From: a bacterium
Lineage (GTDB): Bacteria; Zhuqueibacterota; Zhuqueibacteria; Oceanimicrobiales; Oceanimicrobiaceae
Assembly: GCA_046758365.1 (NCBI GenBank)
Contig: JBHIAC010000001.1
Location: forward strand, 32,001-96,000
DNA: 64,000 nt
Reading direction: 5' to 3'
Below the pieces are notes generated by a model. It was not told the DNA's origin, made no database searches, and saw nothing but the letters and a program-made list of their open reading frames with translations. Of the stretch, positions 1-10,123 are shown one piece after another. How positions within the stretch are numbered: the stretch's first letter is position 1; the number at the start of each line of letters is the position of its first letter. The translations under genes were made by a program, and so were the position numbers.

Positions 1-575
1 TTAAAGCCATAGAACGGGGAGAACTTTTTGCTGAAATTGTTTTAGTAGTTAGTAATAAAGCCGATGCTGGAGTTTTTACAATAGCCAGCGAGTATGACAT
101 ACCTACCCTTCATTTATCCCAAGAAAAGTTTTCATCCACCGAGGAATTTGATCGAGCCTTACTAAGCGCTCTCAACCAGCATCAGGTCGAAGTCATTGCC
201 CTTGCTGGATATTTAAAAAAAATAAGTTCCACCATTATTCGTGCATATAAATACCGCATATTGAATATACATCCAGCACTATTACCATCCTTTGGGGGAA
301 AAGGAATGTACGGAATCAAGGTCCATCAAGCCGTTTTGGACTATGGCTGTAAAGTTTCTGGAGTCACCGTACACTTGGTGGATGAAGAATTTGACACCGG
401 CCCGCCAATTTTGCAAAGATGCGTGCCTGTAAATCAAGATGATACGCCAGAATCTTTGGCAGCCCGTGTATTAGAAGTCGAACATAAAATTTATGCAGAG
501 GCCTTACAGCTTTTCGCAGAGAGACGAATTGATGTTCAAGGACGAAAGGTTTTCATTAAAGATGCACCTAATTAA
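1..575 (+). CDS. purN: Phosphoribosylglycinamide formyltransferase (5'-truncated by window edge)
   Basis: Frame is open from position 3 (KAIERGELFAEIVLVVSNKADAG...IALAGYLKKI...ILNIHPALLPSFGGKGMYG...SGVTVHLVDEEFDTGPPI), giving the PurN motifs. The ORF-track start at 261 is internal. Confidence 0.96.
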   Translation, partial: KAIERGELFAEIVLVVSNKADAGVFTIASEYDIPTLHLSQEKFSSTEEFDRALLSALNQHQVEVIALAGYLKKISSTIIRAYKYRILNIHPALLPSFGGKGMYGIKVHQAVLDYGCKVSGVTVHLVDEEFDTGPPILQRCVPVNQDDTPESLAARVLEVEHKIYAEALQLFAERRIDVQGRKVFIKDAPN

Positions 576-1212
576 TAAAACTAAAAATTTCCTGCTAATT
601 CTGCTTCTGGTAACCACAATTAGTGGCTGCTCTAAAGAAGAAATTTCCACAGACAAGGTTCAAAAGGTCGATTTAGTTGAGGTCGTAAAATTAGACTCGA
701 CAATTTTATTCGATATTCACTACGCCACTACAAACAATTTCATGGAGGAAAAGCTATATCCAGTTGCCAGATGTTTTTTACGGAGAGAAGTGGCGGAAAG
801 ATTATCTCACATTCAAAAGGCTTTGAGAGAAGAGGGTCTTGGACTAAAAATTTGGGACGGTTATCGTCCACTTTCCGTGCAGTGGAAAATGTGGGAAAAA
901 GTCTCCGATCCTAAATATGTGGCTGATCCCCGCAAAGGTTCAAGGCACAATAGGGGCTGTGCAGTGGATGTGACTTTGGTAGATGCAGCGGGTAATGAAC
1001 TTGAAATGCCCACAGGATACGATGACTTTACCGAAAAAGCTCATAGAAATTATATGCAGCTACCCCCTGAAGTCATTAAAAATCGTCAGATTTTAGAAAC
1101 GGCCATGACCAGAGAAGGTTTTATTCCACTACCCTCTGAATGGTGGCATTTTGATGATCCAAATTGGGAAAAATATAATTTACTGGATATCCCTTTAGAG
1201 AAGGTTAATTAA
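562..1212 (+). CDS. ddpX: M15 D-Ala-D-Ala dipeptidase (VanX/DdpX family), predicted lipoprotein
   Basis: Motifs DGYRP, SRHNRGCAVDVTL, MPTGYDDF and EWWHF. ATG at 562 gives a signal peptide ending in lipobox ISG-C. Confidence 0.88.
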   Translation: MHLINKTKNFLLILLLVTTISGCSKEEISTDKVQKVDLVEVVKLDSTILFDIHYATTNNFMEEKLYPVARCFLRREVAERLSHIQKALREEGLGLKIWDGYRPLSVQWKMWEKVSDPKYVADPRKGSRHNRGCAVDVTLVDAAGNELEMPTGYDDFTEKAHRNYMQLPPEVIKNRQILETAMTREGFIPLPSEWWHFDDPNWEKYNLLDIPLEKVN

Positions 1213-1415
1213 TCAGCCTAGTGCGAGTTTCCTAGTTAGCTATGAATAATTTGTCTTAAGTTACACAATAACAGATAATTATAATACCATTGACAGTATT
1301 ACCTAACTTAATTGTTTTGGATATTTATCCTGAACATAAAATATAAATGGACATTAGTCCCCACGAATTAACCGAATAAAGGGACAAATATCTATTTTAC
1401 TTTGCATTCAGTATG

Positions 1416-1490
1416 AATATACCGAACGATCCTAGAACAAACGCTAAACCCAAATGCTTTCGGGGTCAGCGTTTTTTAGAAGGTATATCC
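1416..1490 (+). other. Imperfect long hairpin with T-run upstream of purH (terminator-like or small repeat)
   Basis: AAACGCTAAACCCAAA-TGC-TTTCGGGGTCAGCGTTTTTT, with outer arms ATATACC/GGTATAT. Confidence 0.45.
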
Positions 1491-1582
1491 ACATTTGAAC
1501 GGTTTTTTGCCAAAATCGATAAAAAACACAGGTATCTAATGTAAAAATGATCTCGAATAACGAATAATAGGAGGATGGGAAT

Positions 1583-3145
1583 ATGCCCAAAATTAAACGT
1601 GCGCTTTTAAGCGTGTATAATAAATCTGGCATCGTCGAATTTGCAACAATCTTACAGGAATATGGCGTTCAGATAATTTCCACTGGCGGAACAGCCAAGC
1701 ACTTAAATGAAAATGGCATAAAAACGCGCTCAATTTCAGAGCTCACAGAATTTCCTGAGATATTACAAGGCCGTGTGAAAACCTTGCATCCTAAAATTTT
1801 GGGTGGATTGTTGGCCCTCCGAAAAGATTCTGCTCAAATGGAAGAAACGCGACAGTTAAGAATTGATTTGATTGATTTGGTTGTTGTGAATCTTTATCCA
1901 TTTGAAGAAACCATAGCCAAAAAAAATATATCCCTTTTAGAAGCTTTAGAAAATATTGACATTGGCGGTCCTACCATGATAAGGGCGGCAGCAAAGAATT
2001 ACTTAGATGTAACTGTGGTGACCGCCCCCAGTCAATACGAGAAAGTTTTAACCGAATTCAAAAATAACCAAGGGGAGATTTCCTTAGATTTGCGTCAACA
2101 ATTAGCGGCGGAGGCTTTTGCCCGTACTTGCCGATACGATGCCGTAATAAATAGCTATTTGTCGAAAATTGCAACCTCAGAGTCGGTTTTCCCCAACCAT
2201 GTGTATTTTAATTTTGAAAAGGTACAAGATTTAAGGTACGGCGAAAATCCACATCAACGTGCGGCACTCTATCGAGAGATAAGCAAAGATTTTGCTGGAA
2301 TTACTAATGCTAGGCAGCTTCACGGTAAGGAGCTTTCATTTAATAACATTATCGATTTGGGTGCAGCCCTGGGTATTGTCCGAGAATTTGAAGAACCGTG
2401 CGCTGTAATTATCAAACACACAAATCCGTGTGGAGTGGCTATAGGGGAAAATCTCTGTGAAGCCTACTTAAACGCAAAAGCAACAGATCCACTTTCTGCT
2501 TTTGGCGGAATCGTCGGGTTGAACCGTACTGTAGACTTTGAAACAGCCCAAGCGATTTCAGAGCTTTTTACTGAGGCCATCATTGCGCCAGGATTTGAAC
2601 CAGAGGCGCTAACAATTCTACAATCTAAGAAAAACTTACGGCTTCTTGAAGGTACTGACCATGCGTTTATTAATTCACATGACTTTGATATTAAGCGCGT
2701 ACAGGGTGGTTTACTTTTACAAGATCAAGATTTATTAAAAATAAACGATATAAACTTTAAAGTAGTAACAAAACGCCAACCCTCGGAAGACGAATGGGCG
2801 GCTATGAAATTTGGATGGAGGGTCGCCAAGTGGGTTAAATCTAATGCGGTTGTTTACACCACTACAGATAGAACTAAAGGAATAGGGGCGGGTCAAATGT
2901 CTAGGGTCGATGCCTCTCTTTTAGCTGTGGAAAAGGCCAAGCGTATGGGACTTGCTCTAAAAGGCACTGCTGTGGCCTCAGACGCATTTTTCCCCTTTCG
3001 TGATGGGGTGGATGCTGCGGCAGAAGCAGGAGCCACCGCAGTCATTCAACCTGGTGGCTCCATCAGAGATGAAGAGGTAATTCAAGGTGCCGACGAGCAT
3101 AATTTGACCATGGTTTTTACTCACATTCGACATTTTCGTCACTGA
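1583..3145 (+). CDS. purH: Bifunctional AICAR transformylase/IMP cyclohydrolase
   Basis: [45 protein letters not shown] and C-terminal RHFRH; GGAGG RBS. Confidence 0.98.
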   Translation: MPKIKRALLSVYNKSGIVEFATILQEYGVQIISTGGTAKHLNENGIKTRSISELTEFPEILQGRVKTLHPKILGGLLALRKDSAQMEETRQLRIDLIDLVVVNLYPFEETIAKKNISLLEALENIDIGGPTMIRAAAKNYLDVTVVTAPSQYEKVLTEFKNNQGEISLDLRQQLAAEAFARTCRYDAVINSYLSKIATSESVFPNHVYFNFEKVQDLRYGENPHQRAALYREISKDFAGITNARQLHGKELSFNNIIDLGAALGIVREFEEPCAVIIKHTNPCGVAIGENLCEAYLNAKATDPLSAFGGIVGLNRTVDFETAQAISELFTEAIIAPGFEPEALTILQSKKNLRLLEGTDHAFINSHDFDIKRVQGGLLLQDQDLLKINDINFKVVTKRQPSEDEWAAMKFGWRVAKWVKSNAVVYTTTDRTKGIGAGQMSRVDASLLAVEKAKRMGLALKGTAVASDAFFPFRDGVDAAAEAGATAVIQPGGSIRDEEVIQGADEHNLTMVFTHIRHFRH

Positions 3146-3226
3146 TGTTTTCTGTTACGCTATAATGATATTTTGTAAATTAAATTTTCAGATAGAATTA
3201 AAAACACAAATGAGACAAGAACACTC

Positions 3227-4270
3227 ATGAAAATAAAGACACAATCCTTCTGGAAAAAATATTTTGTTAATGACATTGCAATCGATTTGGGAACAGCAAA
3301 CACGCTTGTCTATGTAAAAGGCCAGGGTATATTAATTAATGAGCCTTCTATCCTTGCTATTAGAAAAAGTGATCAACAAATTCTTGCCTATGGTAATGAC
3401 GCCAAAACAATGATGGGTCGTACCCCAGAATATCTTGCGACGGTTCGTCCTTTGAAAGATGGAGTTATCGCCGATTTTGATTTGGCGGAAAAGATGATTC
3501 GTCATTTCATCAAGAAAGTTCAAACGAATCGATTAATCCGTCCGAAAATTGCTGTTTGTATTCCATCTGGAATTACTGAAGTTGAAAGGCGAGCTGTTCG
3601 GGATTCAGCCGAGCACGCTGGAGGCCGTGAAATTTATCTCATTCAAGAACCGATGGCCGCGGCCATAGGGGTGGACCTCCCGATTGCCGAACCAGTAGGC
3701 AGCATGATTATAGATATAGGAGGTGGTACCACTGAAATTGCTGTAATTTCTCTTTCAGGCATTGTTACAGATATTTCCATTCGAATTGGTGGTGATGAGA
3801 TGAATGAGGCCATCGTACATTACTTTAAAAAAGAATATAATTTGTTGATTGGAGAGAATACAGCAGAATATATAAAAATTACTATGGGCTCTGCTGCCCC
3901 ATATCAAACTGAGGAGCATAAGAAGGTTAAAGGGCGGGATTTGGTGGAGGGTATCCCAAAAACAGTGAAAGTACATACCAAAGAAATTCAAGAAGCCCTT
4001 TCAGAATCAGTTGGATATATTGTAGATGCTGTCAAACTTTGTTTAGAAAGGACACCCCCTGAACTCTCATCGGATATATTAGACCGTGGAATTGTTTTGA
4101 CGGGAGGTGGGGCTTTACTTAAAGGAATTGATGAAAGACTCCGGATAGAAACAGAACTTCCCATAATTCTTGCTGATGATCCTTTAACTTGTGTAGTTCT
4201 CGGTACCGGAAAAATATTTGAAAACTTAAATGGCTACCAAAAAGTTTTAAGTACTGTGCGAAAGTACTAA
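3227..4270 (+). CDS. mreB: Rod shape-determining actin MreB
   Basis: IAIDLGTANT, RPLKDGVIADF, DIGGGTTE and LTGGGALL. Confidence 0.97.
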   Translation: MKIKTQSFWKKYFVNDIAIDLGTANTLVYVKGQGILINEPSILAIRKSDQQILAYGNDAKTMMGRTPEYLATVRPLKDGVIADFDLAEKMIRHFIKKVQTNRLIRPKIAVCIPSGITEVERRAVRDSAEHAGGREIYLIQEPMAAAIGVDLPIAEPVGSMIIDIGGGTTEIAVISLSGIVTDISIRIGGDEMNEAIVHYFKKEYNLLIGENTAEYIKITMGSAAPYQTEEHKKVKGRDLVEGIPKTVKVHTKEIQEALSESVGYIVDAVKLCLERTPPELSSDILDRGIVLTGGGALLKGIDERLRIETELPIILADDPLTCVVLGTGKIFENLNGYQKVLSTVRKY

Positions 4271-4271
4271 G

Positions 4272-5078
4272 ATGCATAGATTATACGAATGGTTCATAAA
4301 TCGTAAAGAATATCTTACATTTTTAGGTGCGGTTATCTTCTCTTTAATTTTAATTTTCACAAATGATGTTAGTCAAATACAAACGGTTAAATCATGGACC
4401 CTGGATGGATTTGGTTTACTATTAGAAAAACTCTCTGTATTAGATCGGATCACGTCAATTTATGAAGAAAATCGCTGGCTAAGACAGAAGAATGCTGAAT
4501 TGATGCTCGACAACAGCAAATTAAAAGAAGCTTTGCTTGAAAATAAAAGGCTGCGACAAATGTTAGTTTTTAAGTCTGAAAGCCAGTTGGACCTAATTCC
4601 TGCTAAAGTAATTGGGAAAGGGGGTAATGGATTTATCAATTCAATAATATTATCTATTGGACATAACGATGGCCTTGAAAGAAATATGGCTGTTGTTACC
4701 GCCCAAGGCCTTGTAGGAAAAATATTTAATGTTAGCAGATACCGCTCCACGGCTCAATTACTCCTTGATCGCAATTTTCGAGTCAGTGCCTTGATTCAAA
4801 GAAGTAGAGTTACTGGGATTATTAAATGGCATGAGGGAAATCAGGTATTCTTAGCTGAGGTGCCAAAACGCTCAGATGTTATCCTGGGCGATGTGGTTGT
4901 TACTTCGGGTTATAGTACTATTTTTCCTGGTGGCCTTAAAATTGGTTATGTAATCCGTATCAGTGAAAATGAAGAAGGCATGTTCATGAATATCTTGGTT
5001 AAACCATTAGTTGACTTTTCTAATTTGGAAGAGGTATTTGTAATTAGAAACCAAGTTTCTCAATCCATAGAACAGTAG
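4272..5078 (+). CDS. mreC: Rod shape-determining protein MreC
   Basis: N-terminal TM, coiled coil (ENKRLRQML), GLVGKI, GDVVVTSG..FPGGL.IG and VDFSNLEEVFV; follows mreB. Confidence 0.95.
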   Translation: MHRLYEWFINRKEYLTFLGAVIFSLILIFTNDVSQIQTVKSWTLDGFGLLLEKLSVLDRITSIYEENRWLRQKNAELMLDNSKLKEALLENKRLRQMLVFKSESQLDLIPAKVIGKGGNGFINSIILSIGHNDGLERNMAVVTAQGLVGKIFNVSRYRSTAQLLLDRNFRVSALIQRSRVTGIIKWHEGNQVFLAEVPKRSDVILGDVVVTSGYSTIFPGGLKIGYVIRISENEEGMFMNILVKPLVDFSNLEEVFVIRNQVSQSIEQ

Positions 5079-5567
5079 ATGCGCACCTTCATTTATGTAT
5101 TCCTTTTTTTTATATCTCTAATCTTGCAGATAACAGTTATTTCTTTATTTTCAATAAAAGAGATTACGCCTGATTTAATATTAATATTGGTTATTATTGT
5201 AGCGATACAAAAAGGGAGAGTTTGGGGAGTTGTGGCCGGTTGTATTGCTGGTGTAATTATTGACATTTTTGGTACTGGAATTATAGGGCTTTCATCTTTA
5301 ACCAAATCTGTGGCAGGCTATATCGCTGGATTTTTTGGCAGTGAGAGAATTGAAAGAAGCTTCAGTGTCGATTTTGGCCTTTTATTTTTATCATTGTTAG
5401 TTCATGATATTTTGTATTTTTCAATACTTTCTATTGGCACTTCCTTCAGTATTTGGAAAACTTTATTAATATATGTGCTCCCAACGTCTTTTTATACACT
5501 AATCCTCGCTCTTATGATTCATTTAGTATGGCCGAAAATTCTTTGGGGAAAAAACAAGGAATATTAA
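5079..5567 (+). CDS. mreD: Rod shape-determining protein MreD
   Basis: 162-aa polytopic protein with PDLILI motif, lying between mreC and the PBP2 gene. Confidence 0.92.
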   Translation: MRTFIYVFLFFISLILQITVISLFSIKEITPDLILILVIIVAIQKGRVWGVVAGCIAGVIIDIFGTGIIGLSSLTKSVAGYIAGFFGSERIERSFSVDFGLLFLSLLVHDILYFSILSIGTSFSIWKTLLIYVLPTSFYTLILALMIHLVWPKILWGKNKEY

Positions 5568-5583
5568 AAAGGATAATTAATTT

Positions 5584-7341
5584 ATGTCTGAAGATTTACA
5601 AAATAAAAAATTATTCTATACAATAATTACCCTTGTTTTATTTGCAATTTTGCTTGGGCGGTTTACCCAATTACAGATTTACAATTGGGATAAATATTTT
5701 AGTAGATCAGAAAGGAACAGAATACGTGAAGTTGTGATTGAACCATCTCGTGGTCTCATTTTAGATCGCCATGGTGAAATTTTAGTCGATAATCGTCCTG
5801 CTTATTCTGTATTTGTGGTTCCGTACGAATTTTTAAGAGCAGACAGCTCTATATCTCTACTCTCTTCAATAATTAAGCAAAAACCCTCCCAAATTAAACA
5901 CAAAATCAAAAAAGAACAAGTTGGACTATTTAATTCGGTAAAACTCAAGCGTCATATTGGATTTCAAGTGCTAAGTGCTATTGAGGAATATAGGTTGGAT
6001 TTGCCAGGCGTATTATACGGAATTGAATCTACGCGATTTTATCCGGCCGGGATCAGGGCGCCTCATTTATTTGGTTATCTTGGGGAGATAACTTCAAGGG
6101 AATTGTTAGAAAGAAAAGATGAGAAGTACAATTTGGGTGATTTGATTGGGAAAAATGGAATCGAATTACAATATGAAAATTATTTGCGTGGAGAGTCGGG
6201 AGTTCAATACATTGAAGTTGATGTATTTGGTCGGGAAGTTAGGGATTTACCGGAATTGACTGGGAAATCTCCTGTGCCGGGTAAAAATTTATATTTAACC
6301 ATTGATGCAGACATTCAAAGATATCTGGAAAGGGTGATGAAAGATAAAAAAGGCGCTGCTGTGATTTTAGACCCCAGGAATGGAGAAGTATTGGCTATGG
6401 TAAGCAAACCAGATTACAATCCAGAGATTTTTTCTACTCCTTTAACCCCAGAGATTTGGAAGCAACTTGTTAATCACGAAGATAGACCTTTGTACAATCG
6501 AGCCTGTCAAAGCCTTTACCCACCCGGATCTACATTCAAATTAATACTGGCAGCCGCGGGACTGGAACAGGGTATAATTGATCCAGAACGAAAAGTTTTT
6601 TGCGCAGGTACTTATCGTTTGGGTCGGCGGAACTTTGACTGTTGGAAAAAAGGGGGACACGGAGAAGTTAATCTATTGCAAGCTTTGGAACAGTCCTGTA
6701 ATGTGTATTTTTATACTATGAGTTTGGAGGTTGGATTAGAAAATTGGTCCAAGTTTGCTAAGCTATTTCAATTCGGTAAACTGACCCATTTAGATTTGCC
6801 CAATGAAAGTGCTGGTTTGGTTCCAAATAAAGAATATTTTGACAGGAAATATGGTGAAAGAGGCTGGACCACTGGAATGCTTTTAAACTTGGCGGTTGGA
6901 CAAGGAGATCTTTTAGTCACGCCGCTTCAAATGGCCTATTTAGCTATGATATTAGCTAATGAAGGTCTGGCTTTTAAACCCCACCTGGTAAAAAAAATTG
7001 AAACACTCTCTTCTGGAAAATTCATTTTAACAGAACTCGATTCCTTGCGGGTACGAGGGGTTTCTTCTGATAGTTTTAAAAAAATTAAACAAGGAATGTA
7101 TTTAGTCGTTAACGGTTCTCACGGGACAGCTAAAGCTGCAAGGTTACCTGAAATAAAAGTATGCGGGAAAACTGGTACAGCCCAAAATCCTCACGGCGAA
7201 GCTCATGCATGGTTTATAGGTTTTGCCCCCATGGAAAATCCTGTTGTAGCTTTCTGTATTTTTGTTGAAAATGGGGGTTCTGGAGGCGCCGTTGCCGCCC
7301 CAATCGCTCGAGGAGTATTATCTATAATTTTTAGTCAGTAA
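5584..7341 (+). CDS. mrdA: Penicillin-binding protein 2
   Basis: RGLILDR, SxxK (PGSTFK), SxN (SCN) and KTG (GKTGTAQ). Confidence 0.96.
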   Translation: MSEDLQNKKLFYTIITLVLFAILLGRFTQLQIYNWDKYFSRSERNRIREVVIEPSRGLILDRHGEILVDNRPAYSVFVVPYEFLRADSSISLLSSIIKQKPSQIKHKIKKEQVGLFNSVKLKRHIGFQVLSAIEEYRLDLPGVLYGIESTRFYPAGIRAPHLFGYLGEITSRELLERKDEKYNLGDLIGKNGIELQYENYLRGESGVQYIEVDVFGREVRDLPELTGKSPVPGKNLYLTIDADIQRYLERVMKDKKGAAVILDPRNGEVLAMVSKPDYNPEIFSTPLTPEIWKQLVNHEDRPLYNRACQSLYPPGSTFKLILAAAGLEQGIIDPERKVFCAGTYRLGRRNFDCWKKGGHGEVNLLQALEQSCNVYFYTMSLEVGLENWSKFAKLFQFGKLTHLDLPNESAGLVPNKEYFDRKYGERGWTTGMLLNLAVGQGDLLVTPLQMAYLAMILANEGLAFKPHLVKKIETLSSGKFILTELDSLRVRGVSSDSFKKIKQGMYLVVNGSHGTAKAARLPEIKVCGKTGTAQNPHGEAHAWFIGFAPMENPVVAFCIFVENGGSGGAVAAPIARGVLSIIFSQ

Positions 7342-7427
7342 TAATTTATCTTTTGTTTTTGTGATTTGGGATTTCGTTTCTTTGTTCCTTGTGCAAGGAT
7401 TTTACTCTTAAGGAATTCATTTATACT

Positions 7428-8657
7428 ATGCTGCAAGAAAGCAAAATGATTCGTCATTTGGACGTGAGGATGTTAACATGCGTTCTGATTTTGGTTGTTT
7501 GTGGATTAATTGCGATTTACAGTGCGACTTACACTAGCGAATCTCAAACCGTCCAGTTTAATTTTAAAAGACAACTTATTTGGGTTCTCTTAGGAATGAT
7601 TATTTTGGGAGCTACCATTTTTACTCCTATCCGATTCATTAATAAATACGCTTTTAGCATTTATGGTATAACTATTCTTCTTTTAATATCTGTTTTATTT
7701 ATCGGCACTGGTTCTGGAGCTAAACGCTGGATTCCATTTGGTCCATTTTGGATTCAACCGGCAGAATTTGCCAAAGTTGGAACGGTTTTAGCTTTGGCTA
7801 AGTTTTTGAGTCAAGATAATAGAAACCTTAAAAATATAAGGGACTTAGCCATCGCCTTTGCTTTAGCTTTTTTGCCCTTGTTACTTATCATTCAGCAGCC
7901 GGATTTAGGTTCGGCTTTGGTGTTTTTAGCTTTGATTTTACCCATGCTGCATTGGGCCGGACTTTCACCAATTATATTATTTGTTTTACTTGCCCCATTA
8001 ATAAGTTTAATATGTGCATTTAATTACTATTCCTTTTTAATTGCTATGATTTTTATTAGTCTAGCCCTCATTCTTCTCCAAAGAGGATTAACCTTTTTTC
8101 TCATAAACTTTATTTTGAATATAGGCGTTGGCATTATTACTCCTATATTATGGAATCTTTTAAAAGAATATCAGAAGCAACGCATTCTTACATTTTTAGG
8201 ACTTGTGGCAGACCCACACGGTTTGGGCTACCAGGTGATTCAATCCAAAGTGGCTATCGGATCAGGAGGTTTTATAGGGAAAGGCTTTTTGCATGGCACT
8301 CAAACTCACCTCAGATTTCTTCCGGAGCAACATACAGATTTTATTTTTTCTGTAATTGGCGAAGAATTCGGATTTATAGGAGTGGTCGTGATTTTAGCTC
8401 TATTCATTTATCTTCTATTAAGGGGAATAATGATAGCCACAACTGTTAAAAGCAAATTTTCGAGCCTTTTGGTTTTTGGTGGAGTAATTATATTGTTATT
8501 CCAAATATGTGTTAATGTCGGAATGACAGTGGGCATCATGCCTGTTACAGGACTCCCTCTGCCATTTTTAAGTTATGGTGGCTCGGCGCTCCTCTCGAAT
8601 TTAATACTTGTAGGAATCATGTTAAATGCTTCTCTTAGACGATTTGATTATTTGTAA
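7428..8657 (+). CDS. rodA: SEDS glycosyltransferase RodA
   Basis: GAKRWI, QPAEFAK, QPDLG, HTDFIF and GLPLPFLSYGGS. ATG 7428 preferred over TTG 7389. Confidence 0.95.
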   Translation: MLQESKMIRHLDVRMLTCVLILVVCGLIAIYSATYTSESQTVQFNFKRQLIWVLLGMIILGATIFTPIRFINKYAFSIYGITILLLISVLFIGTGSGAKRWIPFGPFWIQPAEFAKVGTVLALAKFLSQDNRNLKNIRDLAIAFALAFLPLLLIIQQPDLGSALVFLALILPMLHWAGLSPIILFVLLAPLISLICAFNYYSFLIAMIFISLALILLQRGLTFFLINFILNIGVGIITPILWNLLKEYQKQRILTFLGLVADPHGLGYQVIQSKVAIGSGGFIGKGFLHGTQTHLRFLPEQHTDFIFSVIGEEFGFIGVVVILALFIYLLLRGIMIATTVKSKFSSLLVFGGVIILLFQICVNVGMTVGIMPVTGLPLPFLSYGGSALLSNLILVGIMLNASLRRFDYL

Positions 8658-8811
8658 TTAATGACTTTGGTGCAAAAAGCTGACCTTCTCATAATTAGTG
8701 TTTAGTTTGCATTTAAATAACTTGCGTAACCTATTTGAAATCAAACAATTTAGCATTTTATAAGAAGGTTAGCTTTTGAGTTATTTCGCTTTTTGCAGTT
8801 TACTCATTAAT
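8657..8811. mobile_element. MITE-like non-autonomous element, copy 1
   Basis: Left end ATTAATGACTTTGGTGCAAAAAGCTGACCTTCT; right end AGAAGGTTAGCTTTT...GCTTTTTGCAGTTTACTCATTAAT. A related copy lies at 49730-49848. Confidence 0.65.
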
Positions 8812-8864
8812 ACTTTTAATATTATCATTGCTTCATGGGATCAAGCATCTATTTAAAAATTGCC

Positions 8865-8893
8865 TTGACTTTTAAATTTGAGTTTAATAAATT
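8865..8893 (+). promoter_or_regulatory. Putative sigma70 promoter for the OMP/cpoB pair
   Basis: TTGACT-N17-TAAATT, about 30 nt before ATG 8924. Confidence 0.45.
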
Positions 8894-8923
8894 TACAATA
8901 CTATTTAATATTTGAGGTATAAA

Positions 8924-10084
8924 ATGAAATCAAAATGCATGTTCACCTTTGTAATTCTTCTGTGCTTTATCGCATTTAGGAGGGACAGAGTTTTTGGTGG
9001 AGACTTAGGCTTTGGTATTGGTTTTACTGCTGGAATTAGTCGATTAGAAGGAGACTTAAAAAGTCCACAATTGAGTCCTTTGATTTCAGGTCATATACGC
9101 GTATTACCGCTTCCTTATATTGCTATCAGTGGTGAATTGGGTTACTCGCTACTAAACACCAGTAATCATCCCCAATATACAGATTTTAAGAACACAATTA
9201 TTCCTTTTGAGCTTAGTACAATTGTCAACTTTTTACCCTTTAATAAAATCAATCCTTATGTGATGGCGGGCGGGGGTGGCGTTTATTGGAGTGCTACAGG
9301 TAAGAATGCTACAGGTAATAGAATCACTCTTGAGGATGGTATTGATTCATTTCTTAAAACCGGTGGTGGATTAGAATTTCGACTTTCTAGAAGTTTTCGT
9401 TTGAATTTAGGGGCAACTTTTCGATTTTCACTTACAGATGCTTTCGATCAAATGGGACAACAAGGTGATGAGAATGATCAAGTATTGGATGTACATGCAG
9501 GATTAACGTATTATTTTAAAAAAAGCCGAAATGATAGAGACAACGATTTAATTCCTGATGATTTGGATTTAATGCCTGATATTGCAGAGGACCCAGATGG
9601 TTTTTTAGATCACGATGGTATCCCGGAAAAAAATCCTAATTTTATAAATTCTTACGATTCAACATTTGATTCCGACAATAGTACCTCTTCTCCTATTGTG
9701 ATTCATTATATAGTTCATAAAGCAGAATCTGGCCACAGTATTCCCATTAAGGCCTATGTTTATTCGGACATTAATTTAAGGGTGGTAGCGACACTTTATC
9801 GTCCTTATGGGGAGCCCAACTGGAATGTGGTGCGCATGGAAGAGCAAGGAGATAATCTTTATCATGGGGTTATTCCTGGATATGCTGTTAACACGCAGGG
9901 ATTTGAATATTGTGTTGTTGCAGTCGATGAGACTTTAAGCGGCATTGGGTATTCAGGGCTCCCAAGCAAGCCTGTGCGTGTTAAAGTCTCTCCTAATGGG
10001 AAAGTATGGCGATTTTTAGGAGGTACAGTAGGGGCGGCTACAATTGGAACAGCATCATACCTCGTTTTGAGAAAACAAAATTAA
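8924..10084 (+). CDS. Outer-membrane beta-barrel protein with TSP3-like repeats, Ig-like domain and C-terminal hydrophobic tail
   Basis: GAGG RBS and signal peptide. Barrel strands (INPYVMAGGG, GGGLEFRL, HAGLTYYF) are followed by Asp-rich DRDNDLIPDDLD...EDPDGFLDHDGIPE. Confidence 0.75.
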   Translation: MKSKCMFTFVILLCFIAFRRDRVFGGDLGFGIGFTAGISRLEGDLKSPQLSPLISGHIRVLPLPYIAISGELGYSLLNTSNHPQYTDFKNTIIPFELSTIVNFLPFNKINPYVMAGGGGVYWSATGKNATGNRITLEDGIDSFLKTGGGLEFRLSRSFRLNLGATFRFSLTDAFDQMGQQGDENDQVLDVHAGLTYYFKKSRNDRDNDLIPDDLDLMPDIAEDPDGFLDHDGIPEKNPNFINSYDSTFDSDNSTSSPIVIHYIVHKAESGHSIPIKAYVYSDINLRVVATLYRPYGEPNWNVVRMEEQGDNLYHGVIPGYAVNTQGFEYCVVAVDETLSGIGYSGLPSKPVRVKVSPNGKVWRFLGGTVGAATIGTASYLVLRKQN

Positions 10085-10123
10085 TACTATATTAATTGGA
10101 AGGATCCAATATTGGAGGCAATG

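Noticed and set aside
493..561. ORF-track start of the dipeptidase
   Set aside because: It lies inside purN; ATG 562 gives a proper lipoprotein signal.
1213..1582. ZMP/ZTP (pfl) or purine riboswitch upstream of purH
   Set aside because: I could not find the conserved elements of either class by eye; only a generic hairpin is visible. An Rfam scan would settle it.
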